A DNA stretch of 63,966 nucleotides, filler included, from Octopus bimaculoides (lineage: Eukaryota): NCBI RefSeq assembly GCF_001194135.2. It is 5 parts of 5 records of this genome, joined end to end, with 100 filler letters (N's around TTAATTAATTAA, not from the genome) between each part and the next. Parts side by side here need not be neighbours in the genome. Positions count along the whole stretch, not along the records: positions 8,999 to 32,708 come from NC_068982.1; positions 32,809 to 49,046 come from NC_068984.1; 3 more parts are not named here. The stretch is one strand, 5' to 3'. Shown in pieces: positions 26,278 to 38,586 of this stretch. Under the pieces are notes generated by a model. The model did not search any database. It saw only the letters and a list, made by a program, of their open reading frames with translations, and was not told the origin of the DNA. A program made the position numbers and the translations under genes. Every line of letters starts with the position of its first letter. Positions within the stretch are counted from its first letter, which is position 1.

Positions 26278-26278
<1 letters not shown>
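26083..26278 (-). mobile_element. Third R4/Dong-type fragment (extreme 3' end and UTR)
   Basis: TVSKILEKYMEQIGAAIRVGHLQKTALLGTARKIRGV, flanked on both sides by (TTA)n (26031-26081, 26280-26327). Confidence 0.8.
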
Positions 26279-26327
<49 letters not shown>

Positions 26328-26495
26328 NNNNNNNNNNGTGTGTGTGTGTGTGTGTGTATGTGTGTGTGTGTGTGAATGCACATACATATATGTATATATA
26401 TGTGTGTGGGTGTATATATGTAGTTATACACAGACGCACAGATATACAGCATGAATGAAGAACTGCAGCATCTACTTTACTACCCTACTGTTGCT

Positions 26496-27420
26496 GGAAC
26501 AAATGATACTTCATCCATCCAGGAGCGATAATGCTTTAGTTCTCTGCTTCACAAATCATAGAGCTCATCAATGATGTGTAGATGATGCCTATAGTGATTA
26601 TCCCCTACAATAATATAATGATAGAATTAACAATGTACAGCTCAAAGGAAGCTGTAGGCATGCACCTCACAAGAAGCACTAAAATGCTCCAACACAAATG
26701 CCCGGTGGGGCTCACAAAAATGTGTTTAAAAACAAATCTAACAGAACTGGCTTGAAAGTCTCACCAGCGAGACAATGACTTGAATCTGAAGTAATGTAAG
26801 TTAATAATGTAAGCCGTATGCATAAAATATGATTCAGGGACAAAATTCAATATTCACAAAAATATAATTCCCAAGGACGAAAATATTCTGATGAGACAGA
26901 TCAAATATTTCGAATCGTTTAAATCCCACCCCCAAAATGGAGAAGTGTGGTGAGCAGCAAAATATCCTACTTAAAAAACACTCCTTGAAAGCGATAATAA
27001 AGCAAAACGCTCCCATAGAAAAGAGAAAGCAGAAAAACAAAATAAGATTGTAGAAAACATAAAAGCGAACCCGAAAGTTTATTGTAAATTTGCAAAGTAC
27101 ATTTTGAAAATAAGGGCAGTGTTCAAAGGTAACAGCTTACTAGCTGCAATCCACTAAAGAGTAAGTGAAATACTAAATGAACGATTCGAAAGTGTTTTCA
27201 CTATCCCAAGGGGACACTTACAAATAAACTAGTTATGCTTTCCAATACTCTACACTGAGAGTTAGCAACCATCGATTAAATCGATGTAAGCAGCTATAAA
27301 TAAAATGAGCCTAAGCTCTGCAACAGGTTTTGGTTTGAATTTCGTTAATATTCTGGGAAGCATATAAAAAGGCTTCAGGAGAATCACTTGAGATACCTTT
27401 CGAAAGCGTTTTTGCAAGTG
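26496..27420 (+). mobile_element. CR1/L2-type LINE remnant (endonuclease C-terminus and tether)
   Basis: LEQMILHPSRSDNALVLCFTN...LINDV...NIMIELTM and VENIKANPKVYCKFAK...SEILNERFESVFTIP; homologous to 41995-43655. Confidence 0.65.
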
Positions 27421-29212
27421 GTTAGGTAAGCTGATGTATATATATTTTGCTGCAAAGACTTTCGAAAACCTTTATCATGGATTGATATGTCACAGATACA
27501 ACTCATAGATTGATTGACACGTTACATGAACTGCCCAGCTAAGAGTGAAAATCAGAATAGATTGTCTACTTTGATATAATACACACACACACATACACAG
27601 ACACACAGACACACACACATCTGTATTATGATTTTGCTTGTTCACATATGAGTCTGTGAAAAGTGTTACAGCGGCAGGAAAAAAGAGAAAAGAGAAGGAA
27701 AGTAAGTAGCTATAAAAAGATAGAACAATAATCGAATGGAAATAATGTGACAGAAGCTGCTACAACTCGAGAGAAGGTGAAAAGAATAGGATATTATAAC
27801 ACACAGACACACACACACACACACATATGTACTACTGCAGTTGAATATATTCACTGAACCACATAACCAACAATTGAAAAGAGTTGACAGGGTGATGGTT
27901 GTCTCCTCTGTCTCTTTGATCAGAATTAGTCATGAAACAACGATTGGCTATTCTTACTTTGGGGGACATAATTTTAATTAATTTAAATTTCTTGGTACAG
28001 TCATTAAATATTTACTGTTTTTGTTTTTTTTTTGCAGCAAACAACCGTGGGTTATATCCTCCCAAAGGTGTGTACTTAAGGTTGTGATTCGATTTGCTCT
28101 TCGTTATTTATCAGATATATATTTAAATATTATATATTTGTAACTAATAACCAAATTTAAGAATGCTATCGAGAAAAAATGAAACGAAATCACTGTTGGT
28201 CTATTTCTGACAAGAGACGTGAAATGTTCACACAAACCTCATATGAATAAATGTTACTAGAAGAGTACTCATATTGCGTAACTGGAAAATCTTTAATAAT
28301 AAGTCTGCTCAACAAGGATTGAACAGCAGCAACGAAAAGCAACCATATGGCTTTCTGTGTCCTTCCTCGTCTTGTTGTCAGACGCTCCATCAATTCGTCA
28401 TTCGTAGCACTTTATCGATACGGAAAGGATGACAAATTTGACCTTGACTCATTTGAACCCAGGACGTAAAGAATGTAACTAAATATTAACACCAGATGGC
28501 ATTCTGTTCGACATCGAACGACTCAACCGATAGGCTGCCTTATTTCATTAGACGGGGAATACATATATATAAAAAAAAAAAGCGAAGATGCGTTATAACC
28601 GATTTATTTAGCTTACACATGTATCGAATAGTAAGGTACAATGCAAGCGTTTCGCATTGCAATATGCATATTTAATCAGTACTCCAGTCGCTCATTTAAA
28701 TTGCCAGAAATACAGAGAAGGTAGGTGTCCAGATAATTTTTCCAAAGTCAAAATGCTTTCGGAAAGTTTTGTATTCATTGAGATATGGAAAGGAGGGTTA
28801 ATAAGTAACATATTCTAGACCACTGTCTCCATTTTATTGTCAAGTGTCCAGTTCAGAGTCAAGGGTGGTATCTTCATCAGATCTTATTAGTTTAATGACA
28901 GTTGTATGTATGTATCTTGTTAAGATAGAATTGTAACTTAATCTGTGATGTCGTTAAGTGCAACCTAATTAATAGTAAAAGACAGCATAAATCTTACGAG
29001 AACTATAAAAGGAAATCAGTATCTAATAAGATTAAATATAGAATTATATGCTTTTGGATGTTAGACGAAATTGTATTACGTAAAGTTATATTAAGTAAAA
29101 TGCATCATATGTACACATTCACAAATATACACATACGCACATGCGCTCGCACTATATAAATGCATACACATATACACACATACGCACATACATATATACA
29201 CAAATGCAAAAA

Positions 29213-29254
<42 letters not shown>

Positions 29255-29261
29255 ATCTATC

Positions 29262-29337
<76 letters not shown>

Positions 29338-29699
29338 TAAGTTTGCATACATACTCATTCTAATCATAGTTTTAAGAAAAGGAATACCAAAAATTTAATT
29401 TTAAGGTAAAACAAAAATAAAACAAAATTGGGAAAGCGGAATCATTAAAATATGATACAGTAACTAAACAATTAATTCTAATTCTATGTGGATGACGTAG
29501 TGCATTATATGTTAATCTATATGAGGAAGTATACATTAAAGTATGGCAACTAAGAAAATATATAATTTATGCATTACCAAGGTACACTAATTAAGTTGTA
29601 TATCTATTCGCGGAAACTTAGAAAGCTTTGTTTTATAAATGTGAGCGGTATACATTAATTCGTTGCGTTGATTTATTAGGTAAGAGCTGCATTTAATGT

Positions 29700-30070
29700 T
29701 CCGTAGCGTCTCCTCAAGGAAGAAATTACACTAACATTCCTTTCATTATATGATAGAGCACTTCCTACTACAGACCATTCAATAGAATATTTAATATCTT
29801 TCTGCTTGAGATTTCATATAAAGTTACTTAATGATCTGGTATTTCTCTTGTATTTAAATCAAAATTTATGACACTATAATCTAGATTTAAATGCTGTTAC
29901 GCAAGCACCTTTCGCTAAAATATTTTTTTCATGTGTTGCTGCAGAGCTTTAATGAATTATATTTTTTCATCGGTGTTGGTTTTCGGTGGGTAGATTTGAT
30001 GCTTCCTACAACTAATAATTCGTTTAGTCTATTAAATAAGTTTCCATTCAGAAGTTTCACATTCCTCTTA
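29700..30070 (-). mobile_element. Penelope-like GIY-YIG endonuclease remnant
   Basis: [13 protein letters not shown]...SIKST...KKYNSLKLCSNT*KKYFSE and NLKQKDIKYSIEWSVVGSALSYNE match the PLE EN layout (CPLNGNCL...KYIG...FK.RF...LK....Y.I.W.I). Confidence 0.55.
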
Positions 30071-30248
30071 TTACCTATATGAAAAGCTGTGATAGCACCC
30101 ATACGCATATATATGTGTGTATGTATACGTATATGTATATGTACGTATGCGTATGTGCCCACTGCCTAATATGTATGTACTTATATATATATATGTATAT
30201 ATATAAATGTACACACATACACACACACATATATATATACACATACAT

Positions 30249-30317
<69 letters not shown>

Positions 30318-31709
30318 TACATATATATATTATATATATATATGTGTATATATGAACACACACGCACACACACTCATATATATATATAATTACGTAACTT
30401 TTACTAAATGAAAGCTATTATTAACGATATTCTAGACAATTCTTTAAAATTTAAACTTTAAATAATTTTTTTTATCAAAATGTGCTTTTTAACTTTTTTC
30501 TTAGCTAAGCGGTTAATTTTAATTAACTGCGACGGTTTTTGAAAAACTTTAACTGCGGGTCATCGTTCTCAATGCCTCCTTACTTTTTGTGTCTCTTTCC
30601 ATCTGATCATTGCTTATATATTTTCGATAGTTAATTCTTTTGCTGAAACTTCTACTGTTTGTAGTTCATATGATGAACGGGAATAAAAAAAATATATATG
30701 ATTTCTCATCTTTCATCTCTAGTTGTGTGTTTATATAATCTATAAATACTGTAATTTACAAATATATATGTCGACAGAAAAGAAATACTTTATACAATCT
30801 CATGTGTCAGAAACAGCAGTAAGTTTTTCAATATGAATCTTTCCAGTACATTTCTTAGCATTTTTACGATACCTTTAAAAAATAAGCATCAGAGATTCTG
30901 AGTCTGCAATTTTTGATATAAAAACATTTTTTTTAGGTAGCAACTAGCGATCGAAATGTATATAATACAAAACAAGATATATTAATACATACACTCTTAA
31001 AATGCAAACGAAATATATTTATATACAAAGCAAAATATATTCACACACAGTTATACATAAAAAATTTATACACTTTAATTATGACTTTTTTTTAAAACTT
31101 CAGCCAATAAAGTGGACTCTCAAAACTCTTTCTTCGTGATTTACTCGCGTGTATCTGACACATTTGTCCACGGAGAAAACAAATTTTATTTATCGTGATG
31201 ATGACAGCTGGAAAAGGATTTGAGAGGGTAATCTGAAATTATAGTGAGTAAGATGAAATCGATTTCAAATTACCTCCGGGAGTAGTCCAGCTGAATGGGG
31301 CTGCGTGGGAAGGGGTGATTACACTGGTATAATGTAAATCATTACACTGGTATAATCTAAAAAGAAAAAAATTCAGATATGAATTTGTTGCTTTGATTGT
31401 TTAGTACGTTATACACCTTAGAATATACTGACGTGATACCTGCTATTTCTAACATAATAAACGACCACGCTGAGGATGGAGAACCTTTGAGTTTGTTTGA
31501 AAGAGAGAGATTTAGGCTGTGATAAATATTTACTGAACGAATGAGTTATATTAGACGAATAAAGGCTACAATGATAAATTAGAAGTAACATAGAAACATC
31601 ACACAAAGTGGGAATCAAATCTGTAAAGTAAATATCATTTAGCGACTAGCAGAAAACCGCCAGGAGGGCGACATTTTGCTATTATACGCGCACACATATA
31701 TACATACAT

Positions 31710-31764
<55 letters not shown>

Positions 31765-31987
31765 NNNNNNNNNNNNNNNNNNNNNNNNNNNNNNNNNNNN
31801 NNNNNNNNNNNNNNNNNNNNNNNNNNNNNNNNNNNNNNNNNNNNNNNNNNNNNNNNNNNNNNNNNNNNNNNNNNNNNNNNNNNNNNNNNNNNNNNNNNNN
31901 NNNNNNNNNNNNNNNNNNNNNNNNNNNNNNNNNNNNNNNNNNNNNNNNNNNNNNNNNNNNNNNNNNNNNNNNNNNNNNNNNNNNNNN

Positions 31988-32327
31988 TAGTTGTTTCTAT
32001 TGTTCCTTATTGAGTTTATGGTCAAGGTATTATAAGGGTCGTCGATCTATGGATATAGATCAAGGTTTTGGTTTATTATTAGAGTTAGTTCGTCGAGAAT
32101 TTAGTGGTTAAAGGATTAGTTAGGTATGGTGTTTCTTAGTAAGTAGGTCACGGTTGATTTGTGTCATACATTTATACACACATGCACACACTCTCTCACA
32201 TATACGTGTGTGTGTGTGTGTCTAAGGGATGATCATTTTAAGTACAAATCATATGCTGTCAGTCTTAGCTAGAAATGATATCTTTCTTTTATTCTTATAC
32301 TTGTACATGATTTTAGTATGTATGTGC

Positions 32328-32365
<38 letters not shown>

Positions 32366-32708
32366 NNNNNNNNNNGTCCGTTCCTTATTTATATATTTAT
32401 TTTTTGTTTGATGTTTGGTGTAATTTCTTGTATGGTTCTTCCAGTGCTTCGTATGAACCGAGATCTGGTTTTAGTTGTTTCTATTGTTCCTTATTGAGTT
32501 TATGGTCAAGGTATTATAAGGGTCGTCGATCTATGGATATAGATCAAGGTTTTGGTTTATTATTAGAGTTAGTTCGTCGAGAATTTAGTGGTTAAAGGAT
32601 TAGTTAGGTATGGTGTTTCTTAGTAAGTAGGTCACGGTTGATTTGTGTCATACATTTATACACACATGCACACACTCTCTCACATATACGTGTGTGTGTG
32701 TGTGTCTA
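31988..32708. other. Identical ~237-bp block duplicated at contig edges (31988-32224 = 32472-32708); probable assembly artefact
   Basis: No visible difference between the copies, and each abuts an N gap. Confidence 0.8.
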
Positions 32709-32962
32709 NNNNNNNNNNNNNNNNNNNNNNNNNNNNNNNNNNNNNNNNNNNNTTAATTAATTAANNNNNNNNNNNNNNNNNNNNNNNNNNNNNNNNNNNN
32801 NNNNNNNNCCTTAATTTAACTAATGACCATTATAAAAGTTTGAACAACGCACAACCTAATTTGAACTAATAAATCTGAAACTAACTTTATTTATTAAATA
32901 ATCATTGATACTAATATTCTCGGTTATTCACTGGACTTTAATAATATCTTTCATCTTTTCTA

Positions 32963-33160
32963 CTCTGGGTACAAGGCCTGAAGTTTTGTGGGAGGAGACC
33001 AGTCGATTAGATCGATCCCAGTACGCATCAGGTACTCAGTTTATCGACCCCTAAAGGATGAAAGGCAAAGTCGACCTCGGCGGAATTTGAACTCAGCGGC
33101 AGACGAAATACCGCTAATCATTTCACCCGGCGTGCTAACCTTTCTGCCAACTCACCGCCG
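32963..33160 (-). mobile_element. SINE family B
   Basis: TACAAGGCCTGAAG...AGTCGATTAGATCGATCCCAG...AAAGGATGAAAGGCAAAGTCGACCTCGGCGGAATTTGAACTCAG...CCCGGCGTGCTAAC. Confidence 0.9.
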
Positions 33161-33424
33161 TTAATTACATCTTTAATGATTTCGTTTCGTTTCTCTCTCC
33201 TCCGGGTTTGTATTGACCCTATAAGGGAACCAAACGCCTTGCAATTGTTTATCTGCAATAAATTCAGTTATTTATACTCAATGAAACAAATCACAAATAA
33301 TTACAGAATTGCAAAATTACTGGACTTTTTTGTCTGTCTAACGTCTCTATCTCTGCTTTTTTGGTTCGTTTTGTCTCTCTTTATTGAAGCCTCCATTATA
33401 ATAAATACAGAACATTTCAAAGGA

Positions 33425-33600
33425 GACGGATATTTGTCCTCATCTTGTTTGATGTTAATACAACGTTTCAGCTGAAATACCCTCCAGCTGGAGGGTATAT
33501 CAGCCGAAACGTTGTGTTAACAACAAACAAGATGAGGACAAATATCCGTCAAATGTAAATAATGTAAATAATGTACATAATTCCTCACCTCTTGAATATA
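33425..33600. mobile_element. Head-to-head palindrome of the PLE-type terminal repeat G
   Basis: 63-bp arms (33425-33487 / 33488-33550) centred on CCTCCAG|CTGGAGG; the right arm continues to ~33600 and matches 52615-52735. Confidence 0.85.
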
Positions 33601-33803
33601 GAACTATTTTAAAGGAGAGTTTAATCGTACGGAGTTTTTTTTTCTTTCTATAAGCGCAATGGTCTGTAATTTAGTATTCTATTTAACCAGCGGAGAACAA
33701 TGTCTACTACATTATAACGATCTCTCTATCGCGCGCACACACACACACACACAGAAGAAATTTATCATATTTGTGAACATGAAGATGTTCTGCATGTACT
33801 TCA

Positions 33804-34302
33804 ATACGAAGCCCAATATACCCATCACGACTACCCGTCTGATAAGGGTACACCAGGCACATGCATCACAACCATATGTACGCAACATGGTGATCTCATA
33901 TCAAGATAACGCATGACCTCGCAGGTGGGGTTCAATTAGAATTTTCTTCAGGTCGAGTATCCCATCCCGCTCAAAAGGTCCCTGAATAAGGTTTGTTTAA
34001 GGATGTTAAGCAAAGCACCCATGTTTCCAAAAGTAAATTATTCAAACCCCAAAGAATTCCTCTCAACACATGGCTATGATGCTCCCCAACTACTTCTGCT
34101 CATGATCAGAGATGCACATACCGTCAGCCACTAAGGGACATGCTCAACTGGTTAAGGTCAAACAACGGATAAGCAAATCTGTGGTATTGAGCAGAATATT
34201 TGCTGTAGCCCATCTTTTATACCAAGACACAACAATGTACATGATAACACTTCCAATCAATTAAGATCAGAAGCCATGAGAGCCACTGCCTGGTACTGCA
34301 TC
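33804..34302 (-). mobile_element. Non-coding element F
   Basis: Reverse complement of 59610-60080; its 5' end abuts (ATT)n at 34311-34368. Confidence 0.88.
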
Positions 34303-34312
34303 CGGGCTTTTA

Positions 34313-34365
<53 letters not shown>

Positions 34366-34370
<5 letters not shown>

Positions 34371-34425
34371 TTCTGCCTTAGCGAAGGTAGAGGTATTGTT
34401 TTACAGTCATGTTTGCTCGTTTGTT
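34366..34425 (-). mobile_element. HINE/DINE-1-like 3' terminal hairpin
   Basis: TACTTCTGCCTT-AGCG-AAGGTAGAGGTA hairpin followed by TGTTTT...GTTTGTTTGT; reverse complement resembles 48645-48706. Confidence 0.6.
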
Positions 34426-34849
34426 TGTAGGATATGAATAGTTCCCATGAGCACTATTTTTTAAAAATTTCTTCGATTTTTGGATTTCTTGGTACTTGAG
34501 ACAAGTAGCAATCAGTTCCTTTTACTATCATTCCTAGGGCACCTATGACAACAGGTATTGTTTTAGTCATGAAGTTCCACATTTTGCCAATTTCTGTTTC
34601 AAGATCTTTTATACTTGCTCAGTCTTTGGTAAGTTTCGACAGATACATTAACGTCGATTGGGATAGTCATATCAATTAGCAGGCTTGATTTTTGTCTGAA
34701 ATCCTTCAGTATAATACCTGGCCTATTTGTATCTGTCTTTCTGTTTGTTTGAACGATATAGTTCCAAAGGAGTGAGATGGAAGTGGTTTGTGCTTATTGT
34801 TATTATTATTTGATGAAAACTCACAGCATATTTTTCTGTATTCAATTAG

Positions 34850-35097
34850 TTAGCGATTAAAATGACCAATAGTGCTTGGTTAATCGTTTGGTCAATCAGT
34901 CAGATTTGTCGAAGTCCTTTCATCGCCGTCTGTGACCTCATCGATGACATTTTACATCTATACCAGGTTTGTTTCGAGAGGGCGTGTCATTGATGAGGGC
35001 GCGAATCGTGACGAAAGGACTTTGACAAGTCTAACTGATTGAGTGAGTGAATGACCGACGGATTAACATTCCCATAGTTAATTGGTTGAATCGCTAA
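34850..35097. repeat. Degenerate foldback / MITE-like palindrome
   Basis: TCAATCAGTCAGATTTGTCGAAGTCCTTTCATCG...CCTCATCGATGACA (arm 34850-34949) pairs with TGTCATTGATGAGG...CGAAAGGACTTTGACAAGTCTAACTGATTGA (arm 34985-35097); ~35-nt loop. Confidence 0.75.
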
Positions 35098-35139
35098 CGT
35101 GATGGTTAATAATAATAAAGAAATAAAGTAAGTCTTCTG

Positions 35140-35312
35140 GACATCGCTATCTCGAGTCCGACGACTCATAAGGTCGTTTAACAGGTTTCCATGACGTATA
35201 AGGGACCACGATCAAACCATTCCAACTGAAAGAGACGTCAGTTCGTCGCAGGATGACTCATCTTAGTTATCTGAGTGGAATGGAGTATCTTGCTCAAGAT
35301 ACAACCCACCAC
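35140..35312 (-). mobile_element. SINE family D2 variant, diverged
   Basis: TCTCGAGTCCGACGACTCA...TTTCCATGACGTATA...CGTCGCAGGATGACTCAT...CTGAGTGGAATGGAG...TTGCTCAAGATACAAC parallels 63378-63540. Confidence 0.6.
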
Positions 35313-35504
35313 ATAATCCAAGAATCGAAACACCCAAAGCACTAAGTCAAGAAGTGAAATAAAACCAGTGCATGTGTTTACTATTCGCATAACGACCCTC
35401 CCGAGATACAATATAATTTGATTCAACACACGAGTTGACATCAAGAATTTTGCAACCCAAATGCGAAAACAAAATACTAATGCTACACCTACTACAATTA
35501 ATGC

Positions 35505-35660
35505 CGATATATTTGTGGTGAAGAAGTTCGCTTTGCAACCACGTGATTTCGGGTTCAATTCCATTGTACGGCACCATGGGCAAGTGCTTTCTACAATAGC
35601 GCCGAGCCGACCTATGCCTTGTGAGTGGTTTGTAAAGAGAAACTGTGTGAAATCCCACAG
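35505..35660 (+). mobile_element. SINE family C
   Basis: GGGTTCAATTCC B-box, GGCACCATGGGCAAGTG, GCCTTGTGAGTGG. Confidence 0.8.
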
Positions 35661-35934
35661 TATGTATGTATGTATGTATGTATGTATGTATGTATGTATG
35701 TATGTATGTATGTATGTATTTGAGAACAAAGAGACGTGACAGAAGAAAACAAAGGTTATGTAATTAACTTCAGTAACTTACAGCTGTTTCTGCTATGAGA
35801 TACGGTGGATTCTTAGTTGAGTACCCGGATAACATCCTATAGTTTCATCGGAGCCTTGAATATCAAGTGCATTTTATTTGGGAAAATTATATTTTCGGAA
35901 AATATTGGTGTTATTCGTGAGTTACCTTTTAGAA

Positions 35935-36125
35935 TGTGCGTCGTTGTCCCCACTGGTTAACAACAGTTGTCGGTTTGTTGTCGTCCTCATAACTTAGCGG
36001 TCCGGCAAAAAATCAATAGAATAAGAGTGCTAGATTTTTCTTTAGAAAAATAAAGAAAACTACTACTAGTACGGTTCGTCTAAAACCCCAAAATGGCCGC
36101 AGTTCAAAGACTGAAACATGCAAAA
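35935..36125 (+). mobile_element. SINE right module E
   Basis: TAACTTAGCGGTCCGGCAAAA...ATAGAATAAG...ATGGCCGCAGTTCAAAGACTGAAACA. Confidence 0.75.
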
Positions 36126-36638
36126 AATAAAGAGAAAAGATTTCTTTTGTTATTAAACGGGTTTTCCCTTTATTAGATTTCTATTGTATCGCATCCTCCA
36201 AGAATACCAACCAATACTGACACTGCCCATAAAATTCCTGGTTGAATTTGGTTCACATGGTAGCATATATCTTTTTGTTCTTCAATGTCAGATACAGCCA
36301 AAGCCATAGCGTACCAAGAGCTAGGCAAGCTGCACCTTATTCAACCATGCAGACTGTGCTCACAAACTTCCAACCGCAAAGGGCATCTGGTGCAACGAGG
36401 TTTTCTATTTGAGGGAAAACTGCAATGTGTGTGATGCAGGATGTAAACAAAGTCGAACGTACAATATGGCCGCCTTGGAATTATATATGAACCGATGTGA
36501 ACTTCAATATTTCGGGACTGTCAGTTGTTTGAACTTTTAGCCAAAGCAAGCTGTTGTGTGACTAATATAAGAAATGTTTGTTACATCTGCTGGGAATATT
36601 GAAGGAGAGAGACGGAGAGAGACGGAGAGAGACGGAGG

Positions 36639-36670
<32 letters not shown>

Positions 36671-36675
36671 CGGAG

Positions 36676-36709
<34 letters not shown>

Positions 36710-37176
36710 NNNNNNNNNNNNNNNNNNNNNNNNNNNNNNNNNNNNNNNNNNNNNNNNNNNNNNNNNNNNNNNNNNNNNNNNNNNNNNNNNNNNNNNNNNN
36801 NNNNNNNNNNNNNNNNNNNNNNNNNNNNNNNNNNNNNNNNNNNNNNNNNNNNNNNNNNNNNNNNNNNNNNNNNNNNNNNNNNNNNNNNNNNNNNNNNNNN
36901 NNNNNNNNNNNNNNNNNNNNNNNNNNNNNNNNNNNNNNNNNNNNNNNNNNNNNNNNNNNNNNNNNNNNNNNNNNNNNNNNNNNNNNNNNNNNNNNNNNNN
37001 NNNNNNNNNNNNNNNNNNNNNNNNNNNNNNNNNNNNNNNNNNNNNNNNNNNNNNNNNNNNNNNNNNNNNNNNNNNNNNNNNNNNNNNNNNNNNNNNNNNN
37101 NNNNNNNNNNNNNNNNNNNNNNNNNNNNNNNNNNNNNNNNNNNNNNNNNNNNNNNNNNNNNNNNNNNNNNNNNNNN

Positions 37177-37249
<73 letters not shown>

Positions 37250-37379
37250 GTATGTATATGTGTGTGTGTGTGTATGTATATGTGTGTGTGTGTTTTTGTA
37301 CATATACATACATACAAAATGTACGAACACACACACGTACTTGTATTTATACACACACACACACACATATATATATTTA

Positions 37380-37931
37380 CGAGGGTGAGTCAAAATGTCA
37401 CGCCATTTTGTTTAGGACAGGTATAATTACCAACACAGGAACATGTATCATACATCAAAATGAAGCTGGTCCTCTGTGGATCACATCCCTACTTCTCAAC
37501 ATAGTCACCGTTTCTCACAATAGCAACGTTCCACCTTCAAATGAGAGCATGTATCCATGCCCTGTAAAATTCTGTTGACTGTCCTTTGAGCCACTTCTTC
37601 ACTACAAAGTCAAAGAGACAACACCATCTTTCGAAGGCTCGTAACAGGTGATGAAACATGGGTTCAGCATTATGAACCGGAATCAAAGAGGCAGTCAATG
37701 GAATGGCGCCACTCTACGTCACCACCACCGAAAAAGTTCAAGAGGCAAAAGTTTGCTGGAAAAATCATGGCGACTGTCTTTTTGGGATGCTCAAGGTGTC
37801 ATTTTGATTTCTTGCCAAAAGAAAAAACAATAAACTCATAATAAGCTTCATTTTGATGTCTGATACATGTTCTTGTGTTGGTAATTATACCTGTCCTAAA
37901 CAAAATGGCATTACTTTTTGACTCACCTTCG
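37380..37931. mobile_element. Rearranged non-autonomous mariner with 88-bp inverted ends and TA target duplication
   Basis: TA|CGAGGGTGAGTCAAAA...ATGAAGCT (37380-37467) and its inverse (37844-37931)|TA. Plus strand 37632-37830: RRLVTGDETWVQHYEPESKRQSMEWRH...KIMATVF/WDAQGVI. Minus strand 37489-37602: VKKWLKGQSTEFY...RNGDYVEK*. Confidence 0.92.
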
Positions 37932-37937
37932 TACACG

Positions 37938-38051
<114 letters not shown>

Positions 38052-38080
38052 TATATGCATATACAAGATGGAGCAATCAT

Positions 38081-38214
38081 TTAGCTGAGCTTAAAGAACA
38101 CATTCTGATAGCAGTGCAAGAACTAACTCCTAAAATGCTTCAAAATGTGTTTCACAACACTGAGGAGAGATTTGAAGTATGCAGGGATACAGACATGTTG
38201 AAATTTTTCAATAG
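38081..38214 (+). pseudogene. Tc1/mariner-superfamily transposase C-terminal remnant
   Basis: LAELKEHILIAVQELTPKMLQNVFHNTEERFEVCRDT../HVEIFQ* matches the L.ELK..I......IT..ML.NV......R...C....G.H.E end. Confidence 0.6.
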
Positions 38215-38464
38215 AAGTTTGACGTAAGATTTATAAATCTATTTGTTTTGGTAATAAATATAAAATTCTGTCAGTTTTCTTTTTTAATTTGCTAGATTTC
38301 ATTGAAACAGTTAATTCTAGAACACCTTGTATGTTGTCGCGTTGCTAGTTGTTGCGTTACGCGAGTAAATATTAAAATCAAAGGTCTTCTCGCTGTAAAC
38401 ATCCCATCTTTTTATAAAGCATATTGTATCAAGAAGTATGTTATCCAAAATGTATTTCTCCTTT

Positions 38465-38586
38465 ATAGGTGTGGCTGTGCGGTTGAGAAGCTTGCTTTCC
38501 AACCATGTTGCATTGGGTTCAGTCCTACTGTGTGGCATGTAGCGCACTCTCTTTCATTACAGCTCCGTGTCGACCAAAGTCTTGTA
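38465..38586 (+). mobile_element. SINE family C, diverged head
   Basis: GTGGCTGTGCGGTTGAGAAGCTTGCTTTCCAACCATG...GGGTTCAGTCCTACTGTGTGGCA...GACCAAAGTCTTGT. Confidence 0.7.

Noticed and set aside
29929-30072. Candidate host terminal exon on the minus strand (acceptor CTTTTCATATAG|G, 48 codons)
   Set aside because: The peptide and downstream frames align better to a Penelope GIY-YIG region.
36270-36440. Candidate exon DTAKAIAYQELGKLHLIQPCRLC…
   Set aside because: No recognisable family; the opposite strand weakly resembles a LINE endonuclease; cannot support either.
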